Assembly (NCBI GenBank): GCA_027311105.1
Contig: DAICZN010000071.1
Coordinates: forward strand, 1,164 to 65,163
Source: Gallionella sp.
GTDB taxonomy: Bacteria; Pseudomonadota; Gammaproteobacteria; Burkholderiales; Gallionellaceae
DNA length: 64,000 bases
Reading direction: 5' to 3'
Shown here: positions 1 through 9,803 of the stretch, one piece after another
How the letters are laid out: every line of letters starts with the position of its first letter
Numbering within the stretch: the first letter of the stretch is position 1
Program-made: the position numbers and the translations under genes
The notes under the pieces: model-generated
Databases searched by the model: none
What the model was told of the DNA's origin: nothing
What the model saw: only the letters and a program-made list of their open reading frames with translations

Positions 1-470
1 TGGCCGAGCTGCTTGATGATAGCCTTGGCTTCTTCTTCCGATCCCACCAGGATATGGCTCACCTTGTATTCCTTGTCGCCAAGATTGGTTTTCAGCTTGT
101 CATATTCCTGCTTGATCTGGTCATCAGTGATCGGGTGGCTTTTGACATAGTTCTGGACATACGCGTTGGCCAGGATGGAGTCCTTGGCGAGTTCGGTTTG
201 TTCTATGACGTCAGGGGTCTTGTCCAGCCCGTCCTTTTTTGCGGCCTGCAGCAGCACTTCAAGGCTGATCATGTCTTCACGGATCGCCTTGCGCAGTTCC
301 GGGGTGTCGGCCTGGCCCTGCGCAGTGGCGGTTTTGACGCGCGCTTCGACACGGCTCTGGGGAAGCGAGACCCCGTTAACCATGGCGGCTGATTTGTCCT
401 CGGCAAAAGCCGTGTTGATCATGAGTAGGCTGAGTAATGTCAGCGCTGCAAATTTTCCAGTTTTTAACAT
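1..470 (-). CDS. PpiC/parvulin-type peptidyl-prolyl isomerase (3' end outside window)
   Basis: Manual translation from ATG at 470: signal peptide MLKTGKFAALTLLSLL, then AMVNGV...EYKVSHILVGSEEEAKAII, the parvulin HILV motif; typical neighbour of bolA-yciI. Confidence 0.85.
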   Translation of the reverse strand, partial: MLKTGKFAALTLLSLLMINTAFAEDKSAAMVNGVSLPQSRVEARVKTATAQGQADTPELRKAIREDMISLEVLLQAAKKDGLDKTPDVIEQTELAKDSILANAYVQNYVKSHPITDDQIKQEYDKLKTNLGDKEYKVSHILVGSEEEAKAIIKQLG

Positions 471-517
471 TGCGGTTCCTCTAAAAATTATCGAAGTGTG
501 GCTGAAGTGTGGCTATT

Positions 518-784
518 CTAAAGTTCATTCGGCGCAAGCGCCTGTATGGTCAGAGCGTGGATTTCGCGCTTCATTAATTCCCCCATGGCGTAATATATCA
601 TACGATGGCGCGCAACCGTATTTTTGCCGATAAACTCGGCTGAAACGATGCGCACCACATAATGCCCGCCGCCATCACGGGCGCCGGCATGCCCGGCGTG
701 CTTGTGGCTTTCGTCGACGATTTCCAGTTGCACCGGATCAAGCACGGCAAGCCGTGCGCGCATTCTGGTTTCGCATTCACTCAT
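518..784 (-). CDS. bolA: BolA family protein
   Basis: [19 protein letters not shown] motifs; ATG at 784 overlaps yciI stop. Confidence 0.9.
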   Translation of the reverse strand: MSECETRMRARLAVLDPVQLEIVDESHKHAGHAGARDGGGHYVVRIVSAEFIGKNTVARHRMIYYAMGELMKREIHALTIQALAPNEL

Positions 785-1083
785 TGCGGAAAAGTCTTCC
801 TGAACGGCTGAACCCGAACTTCCGCGTATACCCCGGCAGTCACGTAAGGGTCGGCGTTCGCCCATTCCCGGGCGGATGCCAAGGAGCCGAATTCGGCCAC
901 GATCAGGCTGCCGCTAAATCCGGCCGCGCCCGGATCAAGCGCATCCACGGCGGGGAATGGCCCTGCCAGCAGCAGTCGCCCCTCGTTTTGCAGGTTTTGC
1001 AGGCGCGCAACATGCGCCGGGCGGGCGGCAACACGCTTGTCCAGGCTGCCCGGCACATCCTGCCCTATGATCGCGTACCACAT
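781..1083 (-). CDS. yciI: YciI family protein
   Basis: RPAH, LLAGP, GSL, ADPYV motifs. Confidence 0.9.
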   Translation of the reverse strand: MWYAIIGQDVPGSLDKRVAARPAHVARLQNLQNEGRLLLAGPFPAVDALDPGAAGFSGSLIVAEFGSLASAREWANADPYVTAGVYAEVRVQPFRKTFPQ

Positions 1084-1096
1084 CTATGCATCCCCA

Positions 1097-1639
1097 TCAG
1101 TTGTCTTCCTTCTTTTCGTCCATATATTTTGACAGCCACACGCCCTGGGCAAGGATGAATACCAGCATCAAGGCGGTGAAGCCGAACAGCTTGAAATCCA
1201 CCCATACATCGGTGGAGTAGTGGAATGCCACATACAGGTTGATAAACCCGAGGATTGCAAAGAACACGCTCCAGCTCAGGTTGAAGCGCTTCCATATATG
1301 CAGCGGCAGGGCGATCTTTTCCTGGAGCATATTGCGCATCAGGTTTTTGTGGAACAGCAGGTCCGAGAGCAGCAATATCACGGAAAACGCCCAATACAGC
1401 ACGGTAGGTTTCCATTTGATGAAATTTTCGTCATGCAGTATCAGCGTGGCGCCGCCGAATACCACGATGATGGCAAAGCTTACCCACAGCATCTTGTCGA
1501 TTTTGCCATGCCGGTATTTTGTCCAGGCGATTTGCAGGATTGTGGCGACGATAGCCGCCCCCGTGGCCACATAGATACCCGCGAACTTGAAGGCGATGAA
1601 GAACAGCAGGATGGGGAACAGATCGAATAGTATTTTCAT
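1097..1639 (-). CDS. yciB: Inner membrane protein YciB (septation protein A / IspZ)
   Basis: FIKWKPT and WVDFKLFG motifs, 5 hydrophobic segments. Confidence 0.92.
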   Translation of the reverse strand: MKILFDLFPILLFFIAFKFAGIYVATGAAIVATILQIAWTKYRHGKIDKMLWVSFAIIVVFGGATLILHDENFIKWKPTVLYWAFSVILLLSDLLFHKNLMRNMLQEKIALPLHIWKRFNLSWSVFFAILGFINLYVAFHYSTDVWVDFKLFGFTALMLVFILAQGVWLSKYMDEKKEDN

Positions 1640-1657
1640 AACGATGCGGGTGCAGTG

Positions 1658-2053
1658 TTAATTTTTATCCAGCGCAAGTGCGGCCGAGTTGATGCAAAAG
1701 CGCAATCCGGATGGTTGCGGCCCGTCGGGGAATATATGTCCAAGATGCGCCCCGCATTGCTTGCAGCATACTTCAACTCGTGTCATGCCGTGGCTGGTAT
1801 CTGTCCGCGATATGATGTTTTCGGAATTGTGCGCCTGCCAGAAACTTGGCCATCCGCTGCCGGAATCGAATTTGCTGGCAGAATCAAACAAGGCGTTGCC
1901 GCAACAGGCGCAGCGATAAATCCCGGCATCATGGCAATCCCAATAGCTTCCGGTGAACGGGGGCTCGGTGCCGCACTGGCGGCACACCCGATATTGCTCG
2001 GGTGTGAGTTCATCGCGCCATTCGGCATCGGATTTTTCGATCGGTTTAACCAT
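1658..2053 (-). CDS. msrB: Peptide-methionine (R)-S-oxide reductase
   Basis: GTEPPF, SGWPSF, HLGHIF, RFCINS, two CxxC zinc pairs. Confidence 0.95.
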   Translation of the reverse strand: MVKPIEKSDAEWRDELTPEQYRVCRQCGTEPPFTGSYWDCHDAGIYRCACCGNALFDSASKFDSGSGWPSFWQAHNSENIISRTDTSHGMTRVEVCCKQCGAHLGHIFPDGPQPSGLRFCINSAALALDKN

Positions 2054-2059
2054 AGTTCC

Positions 2060-3475
2060 CTACAGTACTTCACCCGCGTGGTCCGCCAACCGCGAGCGTT
2101 CGCCGCGCATCAGCGTGACGTGCCCGCCGTGCTGCCAGCCTTTGAACCTGTCCACCACGTAGGTCAGGCCGGAACTGCCTTCGGTGAGATAAGGCGTATC
2201 GATTTGGGCGATATTGCCCATGCACACCACTTTGGTGCCGGGGCCGGCCCTTGTGACCAGCGTCTTCATTTGTTTGGGTGTGAGATTTTGCGCCTCGTCT
2301 ATGATCACATACTTGTTGAGAAAGGTGCGTCCGCGCATGAAATTGAGCGATTTTACCTTGATTCTCGAGCGTATCAAATCCCGCGTTGCGGCACGTCCCC
2401 AATCACCGCCTTCGTAGTCGGATTTGTTCAGCACGTCAAGATTGTCTTCCAGCGCGCCCATCCACGGGGTCATCTTCTCTTCCTCGGTTCCGGGCAGGAA
2501 ACCGATGTCTTCGCCGACCGGGACAGTCACGCGGGTGATGATGATCTCTGAATACAGCTTGGTTTCCAGTGTTTGCAGCAGCCCCGCCGCCAGCGTCAGC
2601 AGGGTCTTGCCTGTGCCGGCCTGTCCCAGCAGCGTGACGAAATCGATGTCCGGGTTCATCAGCAGATTGAGCACGAAGTTCTGTTCGCGGTTGCGCGCGG
2701 TGATGCCCCACACGTTGTTCTTGCTGTGCGTGTAATCGGTCAGGGTGCGCAACAGCGCGGTCTGGTCGTTCTGTTCCAGCACCACGGCATAGAATGGCGT
2801 GTCGCCGTTTTCCTGGTAGACGAACTGGTTGACGAAGAACGCCCCGCACAGCGGGCCCTGTATCTGGTAATAGGTGTGGCCGTCCTTTTGCCAGGATTTC
2901 ATGTCCTTGTCGTGGCGTTCCCAGAAATCAGCCGGCAACGGAAGCACGCCCGTGTAGAGCAGGTCGCTGTCTTCCAGAACCTTGTCGTTGAAATAGTCCT
3001 GCGCTTCCAGGCCAAGGGCGCGCGCCTTGATGCGCATGTTGATATCCTTGCTGACCAGGATAACCGGGCGCTGCGGCTGCTGTTTCTGCAGGCCGATGAC
3101 AACACCGAGTATCGCGTTGTCCGCCTTGCCCAGTTCCAGATTTTGCGGCAACTCGTATTTGACGAAACTGGTCTGCAGAAACAACCGCCCGGTGCAATTC
3201 TTGTGCGCCGCCGATTCGAGCGCGATGCCTTCCTCGATCTTGTGCGGCGCATCGCTGACGATCTGGTCCAGAAAGCGGCTTGCCTGGCGCGCGTTTCTGG
3301 CAACCTCGGTCATCCCCTTCTTCTTGTTGTCCAGCTCTTCCAGCACGAACATCGGCAGGCAGATATCGTGCTCTTCAAAGCGAAACAGGCTGGTCGGGTC
3401 GTGCAACAGCACGTTGGTATCCAATACGAACAATTTGGTTTCGGTGTTTTTCGCAGATTGATTGCGCGGAGTCAT
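2060..3475 (-). CDS. PIN domain + PhoH ATPase protein (PhoH2/YlaK-like)
   Basis: N-terminal LDTNV PIN motif, GQAGTGKT P-loop, MRGRT, IDEAQN. Confidence 0.92.
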   Translation of the reverse strand: MTPRNQSAKNTETKLFVLDTNVLLHDPTSLFRFEEHDICLPMFVLEELDNKKKGMTEVARNARQASRFLDQIVSDAPHKIEEGIALESAAHKNCTGRLFLQTSFVKYELPQNLELGKADNAILGVVIGLQKQQPQRPVILVSKDINMRIKARALGLEAQDYFNDKVLEDSDLLYTGVLPLPADFWERHDKDMKSWQKDGHTYYQIQGPLCGAFFVNQFVYQENGDTPFYAVVLEQNDQTALLRTLTDYTHSKNNVWGITARNREQNFVLNLLMNPDIDFVTLLGQAGTGKTLLTLAAGLLQTLETKLYSEIIITRVTVPVGEDIGFLPGTEEEKMTPWMGALEDNLDVLNKSDYEGGDWGRAATRDLIRSRIKVKSLNFMRGRTFLNKYVIIDEAQNLTPKQMKTLVTRAGPGTKVVCMGNIAQIDTPYLTEGSSGLTYVVDRFKGWQHGGHVTLMRGERSRLADHAGEVL

Positions 3476-3484
3476 GACGTTCCT

Positions 3485-3943
3485 TTAGTTGAGAGTTGTG
3501 ACGAAATCCAGCACTTCCTGTGCATGGCCTTCGGCCTTGAGCCCGCGCCATTCGCGGCACAACGCACCGTCCCTGTCAAACACGAAGGTGCTGCGCTCGA
3601 TGCCGCGCACCTGCTTGCCGTACATGTTTTTTTGCTTGATCACGCCGAACAGATTGCATGCGGTTTCATCGCTATCCGAAAGCAGCTCGAAGGGCAGGGT
3701 GAATCTGGCCTTGAAGTTTTCATGCGACTTGATGCTGTCGCGCGAAATACCCACCACTTCGCATTGCGCCCGGTTGAATTCGGGATACAAATCGCGGAAC
3801 TGCTGCGCCTCGGTGGTGCAACCCGGAGTATTGTCCTTGGGGTAGAAATATATGACCAGATGCTTGCCGCGCGCGCCGAACAGGGTGAAGGTTCTGTTGC
3901 CCGTGGCTGGCAGGGAAAAATCCGCAACTTTTTTTTCTGACAT
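3485..3943 (-). CDS. bcp: Peroxiredoxin (BCP/PrxQ)
   Basis: YFYPKDNTPGCTTE and ERSTF motifs; start placed at MSEKK. Confidence 0.9.
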   Translation of the reverse strand: MSEKKVADFSLPATGNRTFTLFGARGKHLVIYFYPKDNTPGCTTEAQQFRDLYPEFNRAQCEVVGISRDSIKSHENFKARFTLPFELLSDSDETACNLFGVIKQKNMYGKQVRGIERSTFVFDRDGALCREWRGLKAEGHAQEVLDFVTTLN

Positions 3944-3950
3944 GGAGTAA

Positions 3951-5029
<1,079 letters not shown>

Positions 5030-5049
5030 ATTTCCACAGGGAGGTTGGC

Positions 5050-5478
5050 ATGAGCAATCCTTTTACGGTTAGCCTGGTTTGCTGGCACGACGGCGAGCCT
5101 TTGCTGAAATCGATACGCGAGGCGGTGTTTATCCGGGAGCAGGGCGTCCCGGCAGAATTGGAGTGGGATGAATTTGACGAAGGCTGCCGCCATGCGCTGG
5201 CGCTCAGTCAGCGCGGCGAAGCTGTCGGTTGCGGAAGGATATTTTCCAATGGACACATCGGCCGCATCGCGGTGATGAAGCAGTGGCGCAAGAAAAAAGT
5301 CGGCACGGCGATCATGGAAGCGCTGCTGGATTATGCCCGCGCGCACGACTACAAGCAGGTGGACGTGGATGCGCAAACCCATGCATTGCCGTTTTATCGC
5401 GGCTTCGGATTCGCCGAGCAGGGCGAGGAATTCATCGATGCCGGGTTGCCGCACATCAAGATGATCCTGCAACTATAG
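5050..5478 (+). CDS. GNAT N-acetyltransferase (ElaA/YjcF-like)
   Basis: REAVFIREQGVP, GRIAV, FYRGFGF, AGLPHIKM. Confidence 0.88.
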   Translation: MSNPFTVSLVCWHDGEPLLKSIREAVFIREQGVPAELEWDEFDEGCRHALALSQRGEAVGCGRIFSNGHIGRIAVMKQWRKKKVGTAIMEALLDYARAHDYKQVDVDAQTHALPFYRGFGFAEQGEEFIDAGLPHIKMILQL

Positions 5479-5524
5479 CAATCCGTCATTTCCCGGCCCC
5501 GGTTTGACCTATCCTTCCGGTGGG

Positions 5525-6352
5525 CTAAAACTCGATCTTCTCGCCCGGCTTGATGGGAAATACCCGGGCAGAGTTGCTGCCAAGCGCTTTCATGTACTCT
5601 TCCGGCGTGCCCTTGAGTACCGGAAACGTGCCGTAGTGCACCGGCAATGCATACTTCGGCTTGATCCATACACTTGTGGCGTAAGCGGCATCCTGCGGGC
5701 TCATGACAAAATATCCCCCAATCGGAATGATGACCAGATCGGGCTTGTAGTATTCGCCGATAAACTTCATGTCGCCAAACAAGCCGGTGTCGCCGGTATC
5801 GTAGATCTTGAAACCGTTTTCCAGCTCGATGATGAATCCCACCGGTTCCCCGCCGCCGTGGCTTTCATTCTTCCCTGTGGCCGGATTTTTCCACAGGTAT
5901 TCGGATGAGTGTTCGGCATGGGTGGCAGTGATCTTGATATTCGGCCCCAGCGGCGTGACTGTCCCGCCCTTGCCAAAGCGTATTGCCTGCTCGGGAGGCA
6001 AAACACCAAGGGTGGCCCACACCTCCATCAGCCCGGCCGGCCCGTATACGGGCGCATTGTTCAACTTTGCCAGTGCCGGCGCGTCTGCCGTGTGATCGAA
6101 GTGGCCGTGGGTCACCAGTATCAGATCAACTTTTCCCAGCGCATCGAGGTTCTTGTATTCCGGCGGGGTCTTCGGGTTAGTAGTCAGCCACGGGTCGATT
6201 ACGATCACCTTGCCTCCGGGCGTGGTGATCTTGATCGAGGCCTGGCCGAGCCACTGTATCTGAACCTTGCCGGTTTGCGCAGAGGCGGTGCCGGCAGCGA
6301 ACAGGAGCAACAAAATCAATGTAAATCCCAATGTAAATACTGGATGCCTCAT
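5525..6352 (-). CDS. Exported metallo-beta-lactamase-fold hydrolase (UPF0173-like)
   Basis: IDPW, THGHFDH, GDTG, PIGG, PVHYGTFP; signal peptide; start after AAGGGAG RBS. Confidence 0.85.
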   Translation of the reverse strand: MRHPVFTLGFTLILLLLFAAGTASAQTGKVQIQWLGQASIKITTPGGKVIVIDPWLTTNPKTPPEYKNLDALGKVDLILVTHGHFDHTADAPALAKLNNAPVYGPAGLMEVWATLGVLPPEQAIRFGKGGTVTPLGPNIKITATHAEHSSEYLWKNPATGKNESHGGGEPVGFIIELENGFKIYDTGDTGLFGDMKFIGEYYKPDLVIIPIGGYFVMSPQDAAYATSVWIKPKYALPVHYGTFPVLKGTPEEYMKALGSNSARVFPIKPGEKIEF

Positions 6353-6510
6353 GCTCATCTCCCTTTTTTGCAAGTGCAGGCTGTTCCTGCTTGTGTCCTG
6401 GTGCGGTGACTGGCCGGGGATTCCGGCCGCGTCCGGTGAAAATCGGGAGGTGCGGCGAGCAACGTTCCGCTCCCGAGTCCTTCCTGTTTTCTGCAGTGCC
6501 GCCTGCCGCA

Positions 6511-6999
6511 CTAATCGCTTCGTTCAAACGTGACTATGCTTCGGGTCATTCCCTTGCTGGCCCAGTTGGGCATGACCCGCCAAGGTGTGAAAACCTGGAG
6601 ATGCCCGCCTTTCATCCTGAAGGTCCGTGACTGTTCAGTGCCTACCCATGCCGGATTCCAGGCCACCTCTACACTGGTAATCCACTTGTCCCCTTCCAGC
6701 CGGTACTTGCCCGCATAGGCAATCAGGCTGTCCAGCAGCGCGGCCTTTTCCGCCGCGGTTTTCGCGGGTTTCCGTTCGTCTCCTGTCAGGACAAACCAAA
6801 CGCGCGACCCGGGACTGAAAATTGCATATCCCGTCGGGTTCTTGCCCATGGGAAACATTCTTTCGCCTGTGGCCTGAACCTCCACTTCGTAGGAAACAAG
6901 TTTCCACTCACCCTGAATCTTTGCGCCGTCAGCTGCAAAACCCGGCTGCATTGCGGCGAGAAACAGAATCAATGCGGCAAGCCATTTAAATTGAAACAT
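6511..6999 (-). CDS. Exported lipocalin-like domain protein
   Basis: Signal peptide, GEWKLVS, AYAGKY, WVGTEQ motifs of the Lipocalin_5-type family. Confidence 0.75.
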   Translation of the reverse strand: MFQFKWLAALILFLAAMQPGFAADGAKIQGEWKLVSYEVEVQATGERMFPMGKNPTGYAIFSPGSRVWFVLTGDERKPAKTAAEKAALLDSLIAYAGKYRLEGDKWITSVEVAWNPAWVGTEQSRTFRMKGGHLQVFTPWRVMPNWASKGMTRSIVTFERSD

Positions 7000-7283
7000 G
7001 GTGGACAGCCCCCTGATAAACAAACTTGGGCAATTATGCAGGAATCAGTCGTTCGTGGCGATGGCCCAGTGAGGCAAACCCCCGGCTTTCCCGGAGGCGG
7101 TTTAACTCTGTGGTTTGTGCCACGGCTGCCAACGGGCAAAAGCAAAAATTCACTGCCCGGGAATGCGAATGATACAATCATGTCGCTTGAGCCGTGAACG
7201 GGTCTGCGCAACGCGGCATTTTTGCATGCACGCAACTTCACGAATTGCCTCCCATAAAAATCGCATCGGATATCGACCTACAA

Positions 7284-7913
7284 ATGAAACAGACATTGCC
7301 GGAAGACAATACAAATGATTCCGCCGACACAGGTTCGGACGAATTGGAGCTTACCGATGACGATATCCTGGATGCGATGCAGCATATACCGGGATATCTG
7401 GACATCACCACCGAGGACTTCAGGTCGATTTATCACCTTGCCCATCGCCATGCGCTTGAGCGCATGTTTGCGGGGGTGACGGCCGGGCGTCTGATGCGGC
7501 GCGGCGTAAAACCTCTAAATCCTGATACGACACTCGACATTGCAGCCAGGACGATTGCAGATTCCGGCTACAAGGGGCTGCCGGTCGTGGATGCCAGTGG
7601 ATACGTGCTGGGCATGCTCACCGAGACTGACTTCCTGAAGCGCCTGAAGGCTGAGAACTTTCTTGAATTGCTGTTGAAACTGCTCGACGACTCGTTCGAG
7701 TTCACCCACAGTTGTCATGAAACGACTGTGAGTGCAGCCATGACCCAGCCGATAGTGACAATCGGTCAGGATGCGGGATTCGTCGAGATGCTGGATGCGT
7801 TTCACCGGCACGGCGGCCGCAGCATGCCGGTGGTTGGAAGCGACGGCAGGTTGCTCGGCTTGCTGCTGAGAAAGAATTTTTTTGCCGCTTACAAATTAAA
7901 GGAATCGACGTGA
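7284..7913 (+). CDS. CBS domain-pair protein (HPP-associated)
   Basis: YLDITTEDF N-terminal motif, LPVVD..GMLTETD and MPVV..LLGLL CBS repeats. Confidence 0.85.
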   Translation: MKQTLPEDNTNDSADTGSDELELTDDDILDAMQHIPGYLDITTEDFRSIYHLAHRHALERMFAGVTAGRLMRRGVKPLNPDTTLDIAARTIADSGYKGLPVVDASGYVLGMLTETDFLKRLKAENFLELLLKLLDDSFEFTHSCHETTVSAAMTQPIVTIGQDAGFVEMLDAFHRHGGRSMPVVGSDGRLLGLLLRKNFFAAYKLKEST

Positions 7914-8458
7914 AATTCCGCGAATATCTGGGCAAAATGAAAGGCTCGACCCGCGGCAGCCCGCCGCGGGTCAGCAACGAGGAGATCTTGTGGTCCTGGA
8001 TAGGCGCATTCCTGGGTATCTCCGGAGTCGCCTTGGTGAGCCATCTGTTTTTCGACGGACGCGACATGTCATTGATGCTCGGCTCCTTTGGCGCTTCGGC
8101 GGTACTCGTATACGGCGCGGTGCGCAGCCCTCTGGCACAACCCCGCAACCTTGTCGGCGGCCATGTTGTCTCTGCCCTGGTGGGTGTGCTTTGCTGGAAG
8201 CTCTTAAATCAGAATTTGTGGCTCGCGGAATCCGTGGCAGTTGCCACGGCGATCGCGGTCATGCATGCGACCCGCACGCTGCATCCACCCGGAGGCGCAA
8301 CCGCGCTTCTTGCCGTTATCGGATCACCGGCGATTCACAAGCTGGGATTTTGGTATGTGTTAATGCCCGCCACCATTGGCCCGCTCATCCTGCTGGCGGT
8401 GGCCATGCTGGTTAACAACATACCCTCTACGCGGCGTTATCCCGAAATCTGGTTTTGA
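7910..8458 (+). CDS. HPP family membrane protein
   Basis: SFGASAVL, SPLAQPRN, LHPPGGA motifs. Confidence 0.92.
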   Translation: MKFREYLGKMKGSTRGSPPRVSNEEILWSWIGAFLGISGVALVSHLFFDGRDMSLMLGSFGASAVLVYGAVRSPLAQPRNLVGGHVVSALVGVLCWKLLNQNLWLAESVAVATAIAVMHATRTLHPPGGATALLAVIGSPAIHKLGFWYVLMPATIGPLILLAVAMLVNNIPSTRRYPEIWF

Positions 8459-8508
8459 CGGATATCAGGGTAATCGAATTTCCTTCCCCCCCCCGCTGCC
8501 TGTGGTGA

Positions 8509-8549
8509 TGTACCCGTATGGTCCAAGCCGGTATTGGTTTACGGGTACA
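8509..8549. terminator. Hairpin between convergent HPP and ygfZ genes
   Basis: TGTACCCGTA ... TACGGGTACA inverted repeat. Confidence 0.5.
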
Positions 8550-8621
8550 CGGTAATTTCCCCAGCAACCGGTACCGCCTGTCTGGCGTGCAGAATGGTTT
8601 GAGGATGGCGGCAGTCGGCGC

Positions 8622-9677
8622 TCAAGCATCCGGCAGCGGATAAGGCAGCGGAAAAAATCGCAGCGCCGCGCCTTGCAGTGATTTCCAGTGCACCGCGTTC
8701 CTCTCATGGCTGGAGACCTGTAGCGATGCCAGCACATCGCAACCGCCCCCGGGCGCCTGGGCCGCGTTGACGATCATGCCGCAGGGTTGGCCTTCCATGT
8801 CTGCACTGAATAATTCGTCGCCAGCTTGCGGTATCTCACCGGTGTCAGGACGTGAGGGGTAATCCAGGTGTGCCAGATACGTGCGCCGCTTCAGTTTGCC
8901 CAGGTACTGCATGCGCGCGACGATTTCCTGTCCGGGATAGCAGCCCTTGTTGAAATTCACCCCGCCGATGAGTTCAAGATTGACCATTTGTGCGACAAAC
9001 TGCTCCTGGGTTTGCGGCAAAATGACAGGAATTCCGGAACGGATGTTGAGCCAGTCCCAGCACGCGCTGCCGACAGGTTGCGCGTGCCGGCAGAGCTCCG
9101 GCCACAATGTGGCAGCGTCCGATGCAGTGGTGTTGATCTGGAAACGCGTTCCGTCCATTCTTGTCACGCTGGCCTGCGCGGTTCCGGTGATGCCGAGGGT
9201 GTGATCCGGCAGTGCGCCGAATTTTTCCAGCGCGATCTCCTGTGCTTTTGCGCCGGACAGGCCCAGCGAAATGATCTCGTCGCTGGCATCGCTGATTTTA
9301 ACCCTGGCGCGCAGCACATACATGCCGAGTTTCTTGCGTATCGGTTCGCACAGCACGCGCGGCAACTGCAGCAGGTAGTCGTCGCCTGCACGCCGGATCA
9401 GCAGGGTCGCCAGCATCCGCCCCTTGGCATTGTTGAGGCTGCTGATTTGCGCCTGCCTGGTGCCGGCTTCGCGAATGTCGTTGCTCAACAGGTTTTGCAG
9501 GAACGACTGCGCTTCCTCGCCGGACACGCGCAGTGTGCCAAATTGGCCCAGATCGCAAACTACCGTGTTTTGCGCCGCAGCGTTTCGTTCGGCAGCGGCA
9601 TCGCCAAAGTGCTGCACTACACCGGCGTCTATGGCTGCGCCGTGTTGGATCAGGAAGCTGTGCCAGTCTGGGTTCAT
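8622..9677 (-). CDS. ygfZ: Folate-binding protein YgfZ
   Basis: KGCYPGQE signature. Confidence 0.93.
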   Translation of the reverse strand: MNPDWHSFLIQHGAAIDAGVVQHFGDAAAERNAAAQNTVVCDLGQFGTLRVSGEEAQSFLQNLLSNDIREAGTRQAQISSLNNAKGRMLATLLIRRAGDDYLLQLPRVLCEPIRKKLGMYVLRARVKISDASDEIISLGLSGAKAQEIALEKFGALPDHTLGITGTAQASVTRMDGTRFQINTTASDAATLWPELCRHAQPVGSACWDWLNIRSGIPVILPQTQEQFVAQMVNLELIGGVNFNKGCYPGQEIVARMQYLGKLKRRTYLAHLDYPSRPDTGEIPQAGDELFSADMEGQPCGMIVNAAQAPGGGCDVLASLQVSSHERNAVHWKSLQGAALRFFPLPYPLPDA

Positions 9678-9803
9678 GGTTGATTTTTGTTCCGTATCTG
9701 GAGGTGTCGTGGATGAAGGTCAGCGCGCACAGTGTTGTGCAACTGCCAGTCCGTGTCAACCTTGACCATGACGCGCTGGTGCTATTCCGCTAAACTTCGC
9801 GCC

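Noticed and set aside
7057-7110. Fluoride riboswitch suggested by GGCGATGG
   Set aside because: Lacks the pairing partner and downstream GCTRATGAC motif; no crcB/eriC gene follows.
8486-8494. Poly-C tract as phase-variation site
   Set aside because: Lies between convergent gene ends, not in a promoter or CDS.
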